Source: the human T2T-CHM13v2.0 reference genome, Homo sapiens. From it: a DNA stretch of 64,000 nucleotides. Below are positions 20,689-33,162 of the stretch, one piece after another. The position numbers were made by a program, and so were the translations under genes. How positions within the stretch are numbered: position 1 is the stretch's first letter; each line of letters begins with the position of its first letter. The notes beneath the pieces were generated by a model that saw only the letters and a list, made by a program, of their open reading frames with translations, did no database searches and was not told where the DNA came from. Location: NCBI RefSeq assembly GCF_009914755.1, contig NC_060927.1. One strand, 5' to 3'.

Positions 20689-21596
20689 ACACATCACCAC
20701 TGTTTTTGTTTTTTAGTATAAAGAGTAGTATTTTATTGAATAAGATTTGCTCACAGAAAAATAAGTTTAAATCTACAACGAATGCCAGAGCCTACAGCAG
20801 AAAGCAATTTTCTCACTTTTCCACACACAATGGTTCCTAATAAGTGAAAAGAAAGCCATAAAATTTCATTCACAAATGTACTACTCTGTCTCAAAACACC
20901 TCACGTAATCATGCACTGTACTAAAGCCATCAGATCAGTTCTTCAGTCAGGTTAAAGAAGTATCCCTCTAATAACTGACTTTTATAATGCTATCAATATC
21001 CACTCCCAATCAGTCTGCCATTGTTAATGGTGTACAGCATTACTGAATACAACGGAATTGATGACGCCCATATCCACAGACAAACCGTGACTTATGATGG
21101 TTTGATTTATGATTTTTCAACGTTATGATGGGTTTATTGGAATATTAGATTCGTTTCTGAGTTACACTGGGTTTATGAGTATGCGACCCTACACTCCAGA
21201 AACAGCTGTATAAGGAAAAACAGGTGTACCTAATAAAAATATGCTTAGTGACTTGGGATAAACCAATAGATGTTCACAAGTGATGGAGAGCCGTGAAAGA
21301 GAGATAGCGGTAAATAGTTACAATAACACAATTTTCCTGCACCTGTCGAGGATTTCCCCCAAAAAACGCAGAATGTGGGATGCACCTAAGGCATATGAAA
21401 GAGAGAGGGCAGAAGGAGTAAGAGAGAAATAGGAGGAAGGAAGGAAGGAAGCAAGGAAGAAAGGAAGGAAGGAAAGAAGGAAGGTAGGACGGAAGGAAGG
21501 AAGGAAGGAAGGAAGGAAGGAAAGAAGGATGAAAGGAAGGAGAAAACACCGGTGTTACTAAAACCCCCCAAAAAATGGTTTCCCCCTGTGGGTAAG

Positions 21597-21938
21597 CCTA
21601 CAATGTGGATGAATCTTGAAAATATTGTGCTACGTGTTATGTCAGTCATAGCAGCTCACCTATTGTGCAATTCCGTTTATAGGAAATGTCCACAATATGG
21701 AAATCTATGCATATGGGATTGATCGCACTAGGTAGTTGCTACCTGGGGCTGAGGGTCAGGGAGAGGGTTTGAGACAGAATGAGGAGTGACTAATGTCTAC
21801 AGGGTCTTTCTCTGGTCGGGGCTGATAAGACGTTTTACAATGGATTGCGAATTAAAATTGAATGTGCACAACCACAGGTATACTAAAAGCCACTCAATTC
21901 ATGACCTTTAATGGGGGAATCTTACGTGGCGTAGTCTC
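21597..21938 (+). mobile_element. L1MB 3' fragment
   Basis: Copy of 2679-3020. Confidence 0.8.
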
Positions 21939-22138
21939 ATGGAGACCACGGCAGACATAGTGAGAGAGAAAAAGGTGAGTAAATATCTGAAACGGAGGCA
22001 GAAACAGAGAGAATGAAAAGCCCTGTGAATGGAAGGGAGAGCGAAAAGGGAAAATGGTCCTATTTACAAATGACAGATGTGAAACTGGGGTTCACATCAA
22101 CAGTGTCACTGCCAGGAAGGAGGGTCATGCTAGCCATG

Positions 22139-24976
22139 TCACCGGTAGTGTGGCCCGCAGGGACGCCGACCTGCTGGAGCGTCGTGCCAGCATGGGCTGT
22201 GGCAAGCACGTGGGCCAGCAGGAGGTTCCCGCTGCACAGCTGTGGGGTGAGGATAGACTGGGTGGTGATATCGGCCATTACAGGGGCCTCTTCTGCTGGC
22301 AAGAGTGTGACAGTAGCAAGTAGATGGACAGGCCTGCGTGTGAGGACGGAATGCAGGAGGGGTTCTTGTGCGGCTGGGTGTGGGGCCCTCACGGGAACCG
22401 TGGAGAAATGGCCAGGTAACTGCGTCATGTGGGCTAGTAGATTGGCCAGGGCTTCGAACTGAAGGACGATAATGGGGAGTAGCTGTCAGGCCCTGGGAGT
22501 GCCTGAGTGTAAGTGGAGATGGGTTTGGGGTCACTGAGGGATGTGTGGGAGCCATCCCTGTATAGGTACAGGTCATAGGGAGATAGTCTCGTGAGGCCTG
22601 TGAGTGTCTAGGGTTGTCCTGGGTGCCTGGGGCTGACTGTGGCAGAAATCTGGGGAAGGCTGGAGAGAAGCTGGGAGACCCAGGAGAGTCCCTGAAGGCA
22701 GGGGGTGAAGAGGTGAAAGAAATGGGGGAGGGTTGCAGTAAGGTCCGTGAGTTTGTAGGTGATTCCTGGGTGCGGGAAGCTGACTCCAGGTGAAATCTGG
22801 AGATGGTTGGAGAGTAGCTGAGAGAGACAGAAGAGTCCCTGAGGGCTGGGGGTGAGAACATGAGGGAGACGGGGGAGTAAGTCAGTGAAATTCGTGAGTT
22901 CGGTGGTGTATCGTGGGTGCCTGGAACTGACTCCAGCTGGAATCTAGAGAAGTTTTGAGAGTAGCTGAAGGAGACACAAGAGTCCCTGTGGGCTGAGGGC
23001 AAAGACCTGAGAGAGACCAGGGAGGACCTCAGTGAAGTCTGTGAGTCTGTAGGTGATTCCGGAGTGTGGGAGGCTGACTCCCGCTGAAATCTGGGCGTGG
23101 TGGGAGAGTAGCTGGGACAGACAGGAGAGTCCCAGGGGGCTGGGGGTGAAGACATGAGAGAGACTGGGGAGTAACTCAGTGAAATTGCTGAGTTGGTTGG
23201 TGATACCTGGGTGCCTGGAACTGACCCCCGCTGAAATCTGGGCATGGTTGGAGAGTAGCTGGGACACACAGGAGAGTCCCTGAGGGCTGGGGGTGAAGAC
23301 ATGAGCGAGACCGGGGAGTAACTGAGTGAAACTGGTGAGTTTGGTGGTGACTCCGGGGTGCCTGGAACTGACTCCAGCTGAAGTGTGGGCGTGGTTGGAG
23401 AGTAGCTGGGACACACAGGAGAGTCCCTGAGGGTTGGAGATAAAGACGTGCTAGAGACTGAGGAGTAACTGAGTGAAATTGGTGAGTTTGGTGGTGATTC
23501 CGGGGTGCCTGGAACGGACTCCAGCTGAAATGTGGGCGTGGTTGGAGAGTAGCTGGGACAGACGGGAGAGTCCCTGAGGGATGGTGAAGACATGAGAGAG
23601 ACTGGGGAGTAACGCAGTGAAATTGGTGAGTTTGGTGGTGATTTCTGGGTGTCTGCAACGGACTCCCGCTGAAGTGTGGGCGTGCTTGGAGAGTAGCTGG
23701 GACAGACAGGCGAGTCCCTGAGGGTTGGAGATAAAGACGTGCTGGAGACTGGGGAGTAACTCAGTGAAAGTGGTGGGCTTGGTGGTGATCCCAGGGTTCC
23801 TGGAACTGACCCGCGCTGAAATGTGGGCGTGGTTGGAGAGTAGCTGGGACAGACTGGAGGGTCCGTAAGGGCTGGGGGTGAAGACGTGAGAGAGACTGGC
23901 GAGGATCTCACTGAGGTCTGTGAGTTTGTAGGTGTTTCTGGGGTGTGGGGTACAGACTCCCGCTGAAATCTGGGCGTAGTTGGAGAGTAGCTGGGACAGA
24001 CAGGAGAGTCATGGGTGGCTGGGGGTGAGCTGCTGGATGATGGCAGTAAGAACATATGGTACATTATTGATGAATGAGGTGACTGTGAAGAATCTCCAGA
24101 GGAGGACACGGGAGAACACAATGACATGAGTGACTGTCCTGCTTGGTTAGGAAAGGGAAACGTAAAGTTGTGGAATTCTGTTGATGATGGATGTGAGAGT
24201 GGTGAAGCCCTGCGGGATGATGTAGAGGACTTCCACATCCCTGGTGAGGAGCTGCCCCTTGGGTCTGAGTTTCTGGGAGGGGAGAGGGAGAAGCTGGGTG
24301 AGGCAGGCATGAATCTTGAGGAGTCAGGGCTGGGGGACCGCTCATATTCTCCCGAGACCTGTGAGTCTCTGGGGGACTCCTGGGTGCATGGGGCTGACTC
24401 CCGCAGGAACCTGGGGATGGCTGGAGAGTAACTGGGAGCCACAGGAGGGTCCCTGAGGCCTGGGGGTGAAGAGATGCAAGACACAGGGGTGGAGCAGCGT
24501 GAGGCTCGTGAGTTTGTAGGTGATTCCTGGGTGTGGGGGGCTGACTCCAGCTGAAATCTGGGGTTGTTTGGAGAGTAGCTGGGAGACACAGGAGACCCCC
24601 CGAGAGCTGGGGGTGAGCTGCTGGGTGATGGCAGTAAGAACATGTGGTATATTATTGATGAACGTGGGGACTCTGAGGAGTCCTCAGAGGAGGACACGGC
24701 AGAGCCAAATGGCTTCATTGATTGCCCATCACGGTGAGGACAGGGAAATGGGAGCTTGTGGGATTCTGGTGATGACAGAGGTGAGTGTGGTGAAGCCCTA
24801 GGGGATGGTGAATGGTAGTTCCGGATCCCTGGTGAGGAGCTTCCCCTTAAGCCTGAGTTTCTGAGAGGGGAGAGGGAGAAGCTGGGTGAGGCTCGCATGG
24901 ACCTTGGGGTGTCCGTGCTGGGGGACCGTTCATAAGAAGAGCCAGACAAGACCCTACTGTTCTTAGGTGCAGACAT
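22139..24976 (-). CDS. 945-aa CTD-like repeat protein, copy 4 (one repeat deleted in frame)
   Basis: Intact ORF lacking one 144-bp monomer. Confidence 0.7.
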   Translation of the reverse strand: MSAPKNSRVLSGSSYERSPSTDTPRSMRASPSFSLSPLRNSGLRGSSSPGIRNYHSPSPRASPHSPLSSPESHKLPFPCPHRDGQSMKPFGSAVSSSEDSSESPRSSIIYHMFLLPSPSSSPPALGGSPVSPSYSPNNPRFQLESAPHTQESPTNSRASRCSTPVSCISSPPGLRDPPVAPSYSPAIPRFLRESAPCTQESPRDSQVSGEYERSPSPDSSRFMPASPSFSLSPPRNSDPRGSSSPGMWKSSTSSRRASPLSHPSSTEFHNFTFPFPNQAGQSLMSLCSPVSSSGDSSQSPHSSIMYHMFLLPSSSSSPPATHDSPVCPSYSPTTPRFQRESVPHTPETPTNSQTSVRSSPVSLTSSPPALTDPPVCPSYSPTTPTFQRGSVPGTLGSPPSPPLSLSYSPVSSTSLSPTLRDSPVCPSYSPSTPTLQRESVADTQKSPPNSPISLRYSPVSLMSSPSLRDSPVCPSYSPTTPTFQLESVPGTPESPPNSPISLSYSSVSSTSLSPTLRDSPVCPSYSPTTPTLQLESVPGTPESPPNSPVSLSYSPVSLMSSPPALRDSPVCPSYSPTMPRFQRGSVPGTQVSPTNSAISLSYSPVSLMSSPPAPWDSPVCPSYSPTTPRFQRESASHTPESPTDSQTSLRSSLVSLRSLPSAHRDSCVSFSYSQNFSRFQLESVPGTHDTPPNSRISLTYSPVSLMFSPPALRDSSVSLSYSPTISRFHLESASRTQESPTNSRTLLQPSPISFTSSPPAFRDSPGSPSFSPAFPRFLPQSAPGTQDNPRHSQASRDYLPMTCTYTGMAPTHPSVTPNPSPLTLRHSQGLTATPHYRPSVRSPGQSTSPHDAVTWPFLHGSREGPTPSRTRTPPAFRPHTQACPSTCYCHTLASRRGPCNGRYHHPVYPHPTAVQREPPAGPRACHSPCWHDAPAGRRPCGPHYR
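22588..24029 (-). repeat. ACRO1-like array, 10 monomers
   Basis: As unit 1 minus one monomer. Confidence 0.9.
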
Positions 24977-25291
24977 GATTAGGAAACCTGCAGCTCCCAG
25001 GGGCCCCCACTAATGTTCTAACTCGCAGAAGGAAGGAGTGTGTGTGCGTGTGTGAGTGTGCGTGTGTGTGTGTGTGTGTGTGTTTGTGTGTGTGCGGTGT
25101 GAGGTATGGGCCCCTTAAGGAAATGGAAATCAACCAACCAATGGGACAGACAGACAGACAGACAGACAGAGATTCACTTGCCCAAGTGTTCTGTCCTGTC
25201 CTCTGAATCCGCTTCCAAGTCGCAAGACGCTGTGAGCTCCAAGTCCACGCAGAGTCCGCCAAACGCTGCGGCCGCTGATCCGCTCCGCGAA

Positions 25292-25360
25292 GATCTGAGT
25301 ACAGGCCAGCCAGGGTGGGTTTAAATAGCCTCGGGCGCAGCCTAGCAGCGGAAAGGGCGG
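25292..25360 (-). promoter_or_regulatory. Core promoter, copy 4 (predicted TSS 25296)
   Basis: Same motifs. Confidence 0.65.
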
Positions 25361-25919
25361 AGCTTCACTCCTCCTTTCCATCAGTCACCCCCAACTTTCC
25401 CAGGCTACACCTCGTAGGAAACTGTTCTCCTGCTTTGATTTCATGCGCCACCTTTGGGACAATCTAAGAACTTACAGGTTTTCTTGGCCAGATTTATTAG
25501 GAATTGTATGCACTGAAACACTGAAAACCAACTAGTGGTTCTGTGCTTCCCACGTTGTGGTTTTGACACCAGCAGCATCCTTGCCACAATCAAACCCCGG
25601 AGATCCGCAGATCTGTGTTGTAACAAGACCTCCCCCTGACCCTGAAGCATGGCAGTTGAAGAAGTCTTTCCGTGTAAGCGAAAAGACTTTGAAGAAAAGG
25701 TGGAGATATGCGTTGTATAAACATTCTTTTGCTCTGGAACCACGTAGAGACTTGGGAGCCAGTTGGGTGGAGCATTCGTTGGATGAGGGTGCTCGGGTTA
25801 GGAATATCAAGGTGTTTCTCCAGATAATCCAATCATCTAATTAAGATTCCAGTTATGCTCATCTGTTTTAAAATTCCGTTTGGGTAAATTCTTTTAGTCA
25901 GACTGAGAATGGCAAACCC

Positions 25920-26374
25920 TCAACCCCAATTTCCAGGGAGGGTGGAGAGCCTCAGGTGGAGTTGATCACCAATAGCCTATGGTTTAACCCATCATGCCTA
26001 TAGAATGTGGTCTCCATCAAAACCCAAAAGGACTGGGTTCAGAGAGCTTCTGGATAACACTTCCTGGAAGGTAGTGCACCCCTCCCCGCATGGCGGGCCC
26101 CACATTTATTTCTGAACTTTGTGCAATGTCCGCTAAAATACAACGGCAAATGTAAGTGTTTCCCTGCGTGCTGTGAGCTCTTCCAGCAAATGAATGCAAC
26201 TAAATCTGGGAGTGGTGGCAACCTGAATTATAGCCAGTTGCTGAGAAGCACAGGTAAAACAACGTAGGGCTTCCCATTGTTATTGGTGTGGGAGGCCTGT
26301 CTGGCGGGACTCGGCCCTTTGGAATCTAATGCTATGTCCCGGTAGATAGCGTCACCATTGAATTAGAAGACACA
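25920..26374 (+). mobile_element. MER21-family LTR remnant
   Basis: Copy of 832-1286. Confidence 0.75.
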
Positions 26375-26538
26375 CATATGTGGAGAATAATCTTTCTGGT
26401 CATTTACTGCATGTCATATTTACAATATGTAATCAAATTCTTTATCCTGACCTTATGGCACCTGGGTTTAGGACCATGATTTGAACCAAACGTTGGTCTG
26501 TCACTTTCTGAGTTTGAAACTTTATTTTGCCTTTAGCG

Positions 26539-26850
26539 TTTTGCTATTGCTTTTTCGTTTTCTTTTGTTTCGTTTCGTTTCTAAGTTCTGGGGTATATGT
26601 GCAGGATGTGCAGATTTGTTACTAAGGTAAACGTGTGCCATGGTGGTTTGCTGCACCTGTCAACCCGTCACCTAGGTATTAAGCCCAGCATGCAGTAGCT
26701 GTTTTTCTTAACGCTCTGCCTCCCGAAAGGCCCCAGTGTGTGTTGTTCCCCTTCCTGTGTCCATGGGATCTCACTTTTCAGCTCCCATTATAAGTGAGAA
26801 GGTGGCGTTTGGTTTTCTTTCCCTGGATTAGTTTGCTGACGATAATGACC
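26539..26850 (-). mobile_element. L1PA 3' fragment
   Basis: Copy of 1451-1762. Confidence 0.9.
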
Positions 26851-27762
26851 ACACATCACCACTGTTTTTGTTTTTTAGTATAAAGAGTAGTATTTTATTG
26901 AATAAGATTTGCTCACAGAAAAATAAGCTTAAATCTACAATGAATGCCAGACCCTACAGCAGAAAGCAATTTTCTCACTTTTCCACACACAATGGTTCCT
27001 ACTAAGTGAAAAAAAAGCCATAAAATTTCATTCACAAATGTACTACTCTGTCTCAAAACATCTCACGTAATCATGCACTGTACTAAAGCCATCAGATCAG
27101 TTCTTCAGTCAGGTTAAAGAAGTATCCCTCTAATAACTGACTTTTATAATGCTATCAATATCCACTCCCAATCAGTCTGCCATTGTTAATGGTGTACAGC
27201 ATTACTGAATACAACGGAATTGATGACGCCCATATCCACAGACAAACCGTGACTTATGATGGTTTGATTTATGATTTTTCAACGTTATGATGGGTTTATT
27301 GGAATATTAGATTCGTTTCTGAGTTACACTGGGTTTATGAGTATGCGACCCTACACTCCAGAAACAGCTGTATAAGGAAAAACAGGTGTACCTAATAAAA
27401 ATATGCTTAGTGACTTGGGATAAACCAATAGATGTTCACAAGTGATGGAGAGCCGTGAAAGAGAGATAGCGGTAAATAGTTACAATAACACAATTTTCCT
27501 GCACCTGTCGAGGATTTCCCCCAAAAAACGCAGAATGTGGGATGCACCTAAGGCATATGAAAGAGAGAGGGCAGAAGGAGTAAGAGAGAAATAGGAGGAA
27601 GGAAGGAAGGAAGCAAGGAAGAAAGGAAGGAAGGAAAGAAGGAAGGTAGGACGGAAGGAAGGAAGGAAGGAAGGAAGGAAGGAAGGAAAGAAGGATGAAA
27701 GGAAGGAGAAAACACCGGTGTTACTAAAACCCCCCAAAAAATGGTTTTCCCCTGTGGGTAAG

Positions 27763-28104
27763 CCTACAATGTGGATGAATCTTGAAAATATTTTGCTACG
27801 TGATATGTCAGTCATAGCAGCTCACCTATTGTGCAATTCCGTTTATAGGAAATGTCCACAATATGGAAATCTATGCATATGGGATTGATCGCACTAGGTA
27901 GTTGCTACCTGGGGCTGAGGGTCAGGGAGAGGGTTTGAGACAGAATGAGGAGTGACTAATGTCTACAGGGTCTTTCTCTGGTCGGGGGTGATAAGACGTT
28001 TTACAATGGATTGCGAATTAAAATTGAATGTGCACAACCACAGGTATACTAAAAGCCACTCAATTCATGACCTTTAATGGGGGAATCTTACGTGGCGTAG
28101 TCTC
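27763..28104 (+). mobile_element. L1MB 3' fragment
   Basis: Copy of 2679-3020. Confidence 0.8.
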
Positions 28105-28304
28105 ATGGAGACCACGGCAGACATAGTGAGAGAGAAAAAGGTGAGTAAATATCTGAAACGGAGGCAGAAACAGAGAGAATGAAAAGCCCTGTGAATGGAA
28201 GGGAGAGCGAAAAGGGAAAATGGTCCTATTTACAAATGACAGATGTGAAACTGGGGTTCACATCAACAGTGTCACTGCCAGGAAGGAGGGTCATGCTAGC
28301 CATG

Positions 28305-31286
28305 TCACCGGTAGTGTGGCCCGCAGGGACGCCGACCTGCTGGAGCGTCGTGCCAGCATGGGCTGTGGCAAGCACGTGGGCCAGCAGGAGGTTCCCGCTG
28401 CACAGCTGTGGGGTGAGGATAGACTGGGTGGTGATATCGGCGATTACAGGGGCCTCTTCTGCTGGCAAGAGTGTGACAGTAGCAAGTAGATGGACAGGCC
28501 TGCGTGTGAGGACGGAATGCAGGAGGGGTTCTTGTGCGCCTGGGTGTGGGGCCCTCACGGGAACCGTGGAGAAATGGCCAGGTAACTGCGTCATGTGGGC
28601 TAGTAGATTGGCCAGGGCTTCGAACTGAAGGACGATAATGGGGAGTAGCTGTCAGGCCCTGGGAGTGCCTGAGTGTAAGTGGAGATGGGTTTGGGGTCAC
28701 TGAGGGATGCGTGGGAGCCATCCCTGTATAGGTACAGGTCATAGGGAGATAGTCTCGTGAGGCCTGTGAGTGTCTAGGGTTGTCCTGGGTGCCTGGGGCT
28801 GACTGTGGCAGAAATCTGGGGAAGGCTGGAGAGAAGCTGGGAGACCCAGGAGAGTCCCTGAAGGCAGGGGGTGAAGAGGTGAAAGAAATGGGGGAGGGTT
28901 GCAGTAAGGTCCGTGAGTTTGTAGGTGATTCCTGGGTGCGGGAAGCTGACTCCAGGTGAAATCTGGAGATGGTTGGAGAGTAGCTGAGAGAGACAGAAGA
29001 GTCCCTGAGGGCTGGGGGTGAGAACATGAGGGAGACGGGGGAGTAAGTCAGTGAAATTCGTGAGTTCGGTGGTGTATCGTGGGTGCCTGGAACTGACTCC
29101 AGCTGGAATCTAGAGAAGTTTTGAGAGTAGCTGAAGGAGACACAAGAGTCCCTGTGGGCTGAGGGCAAAGACCTGAGAGAGACCAGGGAGGACCTCAGTG
29201 AAGTCTGTGAGTCTGTAGGTGATTCCGGAGTGTGGGAGGCTGACTCCCGCTGAAATCTGGGTGTGGTGGGAGAGTAGCTGGGACAGACAGGAGAGTCCCA
29301 GGGGGCTGGGGGTGAAGACATGAGAGAGACTGGGGAGTAACTCAGTGAAATTGCTGAGTTGGTTGGTGATACCTGGGTGCCTGGAACTGACCCCCGCTGA
29401 AATCTGGGCATGGTTGGAGAGTAGCTGGGACACACAGGAGAGTCCCTGAGGGCTGGGGGTGAAGACATGAGCGAGACCGGGGAGTAACTGAGTGAAACTG
29501 GTGAGTTTGGTGGTGACTCCGGGGTGCCTGGAACTGACTCCAGCTGAAATGTGGGCGTGGTTGGAGAGTAGCTGGGACAGACAGGAGAGTCCCTGAGGAC
29601 TGGTGAAGACATGAGAGAGAGTGGAGAGTAATTGAGTGAAATTGGTGAGTTTGGTGGTGATTCCTGGGTGCCTGGAACTGACTCCCGCTGAAGTGTGGGC
29701 GTGGTTGGAGAGTAGCTGGGACACACAGGAGAGTCCCTGAGGGTTGGAGATAAAGACGTGCTAGAGACTGAGGAGTAACTGAGTGAAATTGGTGAGTTTG
29801 GTGGTGATTCCGGGGTGCCTGGAACGGACTCCAGCTGAAATGTGGGCGTGGTTGGAGAGTAGCTGGGACAGACGGGAGAGTCCCTGAGGGATGGTGAAGA
29901 CATGAGAGAGACTGGGGAGTAACGCAGTGAAATTGGTGAGTTTGGTGGTGATTTCTGGGTGTCTGCAACGGACTCCCGCTGAAGTGTGGGCGTGCTTGGA
30001 GAGTAGCTGGGACAGACAGGCGAGTCCCTGAGGGTTGGAGATAAAGACGTGCTGGAGACTGGGGAGTAACTCAGTGAAAGTGGTGGGCTTGGTGGTGATC
30101 CCAGGGTTCCTGGAACTGACCCGCGCTGAAATGTGGGCGTGGTTGGAGAGTAGCTGGGACAGACTGGAGGGTCCGTAAGGGCTGGGGGTGAAGACGTGAG
30201 AGAGACTGTCGAGGATCTCACTGAGGTCTGTGAGTCTGTAGGTGTTTCTGGGGTGTGGGTTACAGACTCCCGCTGAAATCTGGGCGTAGTTGGAGAGTAG
30301 CTGGGACAGACAGGAGAGTCATGGGTGGCTGGGGATGAGCTGCTGGATGATGGCAGTAAGAACATATGGTACATTATTGATGAATGAGGTGACTGTGAAG
30401 AATCTCCAGAGGAGGACACGGGAGAACACAATGACATGAGTGACTGTCCTGCTTGGTTAGGAAAGGGAAACGTAAAGTTGTGGAATTCTGTTGATGATGG
30501 ATGTGAGAGTGGTGAAGCCCTGCGGGATGATGTAGAGGACTTCCACATCCCTGGTGAGGAGCTGCCCCTTGGGTCTGAGTTTCTGGGAGGGGAGAGGGAG
30601 AAGCTGGGTGAGGCAGGCATGAATCTTGAGGAGTCAGGGCTGGGGGACCGCTCATATTCTCCCGAGACCTGTGAGTCTCTGGGGGACTCCTGGGTGCATG
30701 GGGCTGGCTCCCGCAGGAACCTGGGGATGGCTGGAGAGTAACTGGGAGCCACAGGAGGGTCCCTGAGGCCTGGGGGTGAAGAGATGCAAGACACAGGGGT
30801 GGAGCAGCGTGAGGCTCGTGAGTTTGTAGGTGATTCCTGGGTGTGGGGGGCTGACTCCAGCTGAAATCTGGGGTTGTTTGGAGAGTAGCTGGGAGACACA
30901 GGAGACCCCCCGAGAGCTGGGGGTGAGCTGCTGGGTGATGGCAGTAAGAACATGTGGTATATTATTGATGAACGTGGGGACTCTGAGGAGTCCTCAGAGG
31001 AGGACACGGCAGAGCCCAATGGCTTCATTGATTGCCCATCACGGTGAGGACAGGGAAATGGGAGCTTGTGGGATTCTGGTGATGACAGAGGTGAGTGTGG
31101 TGAAGCCCTAGGGGATGGTGAATGGTAGTTCCGGATCCCTGGTGAGGAGCTTCCCCTTAAGCCTGAGTTTCTGAGAGGGGAGAGGGAGAAGCTGGGTGAG
31201 GCTCGCATGGACCTTGGGGTGTCCGTGCTGGGGGACCGTTCATAAGAAGAGCCAGACAAGACCCTACTGTTCTTAGGTGCAGACAT
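28305..31286 (-). CDS. 993-aa CTD-like repeat protein, copy 5
   Basis: Intact ORF. Confidence 0.7.
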   Translation of the reverse strand: MSAPKNSRVLSGSSYERSPSTDTPRSMRASPSFSLSPLRNSGLRGSSSPGIRNYHSPSPRASPHSPLSSPESHKLPFPCPHRDGQSMKPLGSAVSSSEDSSESPRSSIIYHMFLLPSPSSSPPALGGSPVSPSYSPNNPRFQLESAPHTQESPTNSRASRCSTPVSCISSPPGLRDPPVAPSYSPAIPRFLREPAPCTQESPRDSQVSGEYERSPSPDSSRFMPASPSFSLSPPRNSDPRGSSSPGMWKSSTSSRRASPLSHPSSTEFHNFTFPFPNQAGQSLMSLCSPVSSSGDSSQSPHSSIMYHMFLLPSSSSSSPATHDSPVCPSYSPTTPRFQRESVTHTPETPTDSQTSVRSSTVSLTSSPPALTDPPVCPSYSPTTPTFQRGSVPGTLGSPPSPPLSLSYSPVSSTSLSPTLRDSPVCPSYSPSTPTLQRESVADTQKSPPNSPISLRYSPVSLMSSPSLRDSPVCPSYSPTTPTFQLESVPGTPESPPNSPISLSYSSVSSTSLSPTLRDSPVCPSYSPTTPTLQRESVPGTQESPPNSPISLNYSPLSLMSSPVLRDSPVCPSYSPTTPTFQLESVPGTPESPPNSPVSLSYSPVSLMSSPPALRDSPVCPSYSPTMPRFQRGSVPGTQVSPTNSAISLSYSPVSLMSSPPAPWDSPVCPSYSPTTPRFQRESASHTPESPTDSQTSLRSSLVSLRSLPSAHRDSCVSFSYSQNFSRFQLESVPGTHDTPPNSRISLTYSPVSLMFSPPALRDSSVSLSYSPTISRFHLESASRTQESPTNSRTLLQPSPISFTSSPPAFRDSPGSPSFSPAFPRFLPQSAPGTQDNPRHSQASRDYLPMTCTYTGMAPTHPSVTPNPSPLTLRHSQGLTATPHYRPSVRSPGQSTSPHDAVTWPFLHGSREGPTPRRTRTPPAFRPHTQACPSTCYCHTLASRRGPCNRRYHHPVYPHPTAVQREPPAGPRACHSPCWHDAPAGRRPCGPHYR
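28754..30339 (-). repeat. ACRO1-like array, 11 monomers
   Basis: As unit 1. Confidence 0.9.
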
Positions 31287-31603
31287 GATTAGGAAACCTG
31301 CAGCTCCCAGGGGCCCCCACTAATGTTCTAACTCGCAGAAGGAAGGAGTGTGTGTGCGTGTGTGAGTGTGCGTGTGTGTGTGTGTGTGTGTGTGTTTGTG
31401 GGTGTGCGGTGTGAGGTATGGGCCCCTTAAGGAAATGGAAATCAACCAACCAATGGGACAGACAGACAGACAGACAGACAGAGATTCACTTGCCCAAGTG
31501 TTCTGTCCTGTCCTCTGAATCCGCTTTCAAGTCGCAAGACGCTGTGAGCTCCAAGTCCACGCAGAGTCCGCCAAACGCTCCGGCCGCTGATCGGCTCCGC
31601 GAA

Positions 31604-31672
31604 GATCTGAGTACAGGCCAGCCAGGGTGGGTTTAAATAGCCTCGGGCGCAGCCTAGCAGCGGAAAGGGCGG
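31604..31672 (-). promoter_or_regulatory. Core promoter, copy 5 (predicted TSS 31608)
   Basis: Same motifs. Confidence 0.65.
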
Positions 31673-32231
31673 AGCTTCACTCCTCCTTTCCATCAGTCAC
31701 CCCCAACTTTCCCAGGCTACACCTCGTAGGAAACTGTTCTCCTGCTTTGATTTCATGCGCCACCTTTGGGACAATCTAAGAACTTACAGGTTTTCTTGGC
31801 CAGATTTATTAGGAATTGTATGCACTGAAACACTGAAAACCAACTAGTGGTTCTGTGCTTCCCACGTTGTGGTTTTGACACCAGCAGCATCCTTGCCACA
31901 ATCAAACCCCGGAGATCCGCAGATCTGTGTTGTAACAAGACCTCCCCCTGACCCTGAAGCATGGCAGTTGAAGAAGTCTTTCCGTGTAAGCGAAAAGACT
32001 TTGAAGAAAAGGTGGAGATATGCGTTGTATAAACATTCTTTTGCTCTGGAACCACGTAGAGACTTGGGAGCCAGTTGGGTGGAGCATTCGTTGGATGAGG
32101 GTGCTCGGGTTAGGAATATCAAGGTGTTTCTCCAGATAATCCAATCATCTAATTAAGATTCCAGTTATGCTCATCTGTTTTAAAATTCCGTTTGGGTAAA
32201 TTCTTTTAGTCAGACTGAGAATGGCAAAGCC

Positions 32232-32686
32232 TCAACCCCAATTTCCAGGGAGGGTGGAGAGCCTCAGGTGGAGTTGATCACCAATAGCCTATGGTTTAAC
32301 CCATCATGCCTATAGAATGTGGTCTCCATCAAAACCCAAAAGGACTGGGTTCAGAGAGCTTCTGGATAACACTTCCTGGAAGGTAGTGCGCCCCTCCCCG
32401 CATGGCGGGCCCCACATTTATTTCTGAACTTTGTGCAATGTCCGCTAAAATACAACGGCAAATGTAAGTGATTCCCTGCGTGCTGTGAGCTCTTCCAGCA
32501 AATGAATGCAACTAAATCTGGGAGTGGTGGCAACCTGATTTATAGCCAGTTGCTGAGAAGCACAGGTAAAACAACGTAGGGCTTCCCATTGTTATTGGTG
32601 TGGGAGGCCTGTCTGGCGGGACTCGGCCCTTTGGAATCTAATGCTATGTCCCGGTAGATAGCGTCACCATTGAATTAGAAGACACA
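32232..32686 (+). mobile_element. MER21-family LTR remnant
   Basis: Copy of 832-1286. Confidence 0.75.
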
Positions 32687-32850
32687 CATATGTGGAGAAT
32701 AATCTTTCTGGTCATTTACTGCATGTCATATTTACAATATGTAATCAAATTCTTTATCCTGACCTTATGGCACCTGGGTTTAGGACCATGATTTGAACCA
32801 AACGTTGGTCTGTCACTTTCTGAGTTTGAAACTTTATTTTGCCTTTAGCG

Positions 32851-33162
32851 TTTTGCTATTGCTTTTTCGTTTTCTTTTGTTTCGTTTCGTTTCTAAGTTC
32901 TGGGGTATATGTGCAGGATGTGCAGATTTGTTACTAAGGTAAACGTGTGCCATGGTGGTTTGCTGCACCTGTCAACCCGTCACCTAGGTATTAAGCCCAG
33001 CATGCAGTAGCTGTTTTTCTTAACGCTCTGCCTCCCGAAAGGCCCCAGTGTGTGTTGTTCCCCTTCCTGTGTCCATGGGATCTCACTTTTCAGCTCCCAT
33101 TATAAGTGAGAAGGTGGCGTTTGGTTTTCTTTCCCTGGATTAGTTTGCTGACGATAATGACC
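32851..33162 (-). mobile_element. L1PA 3' fragment
   Basis: Copy of 1451-1762. Confidence 0.9.
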
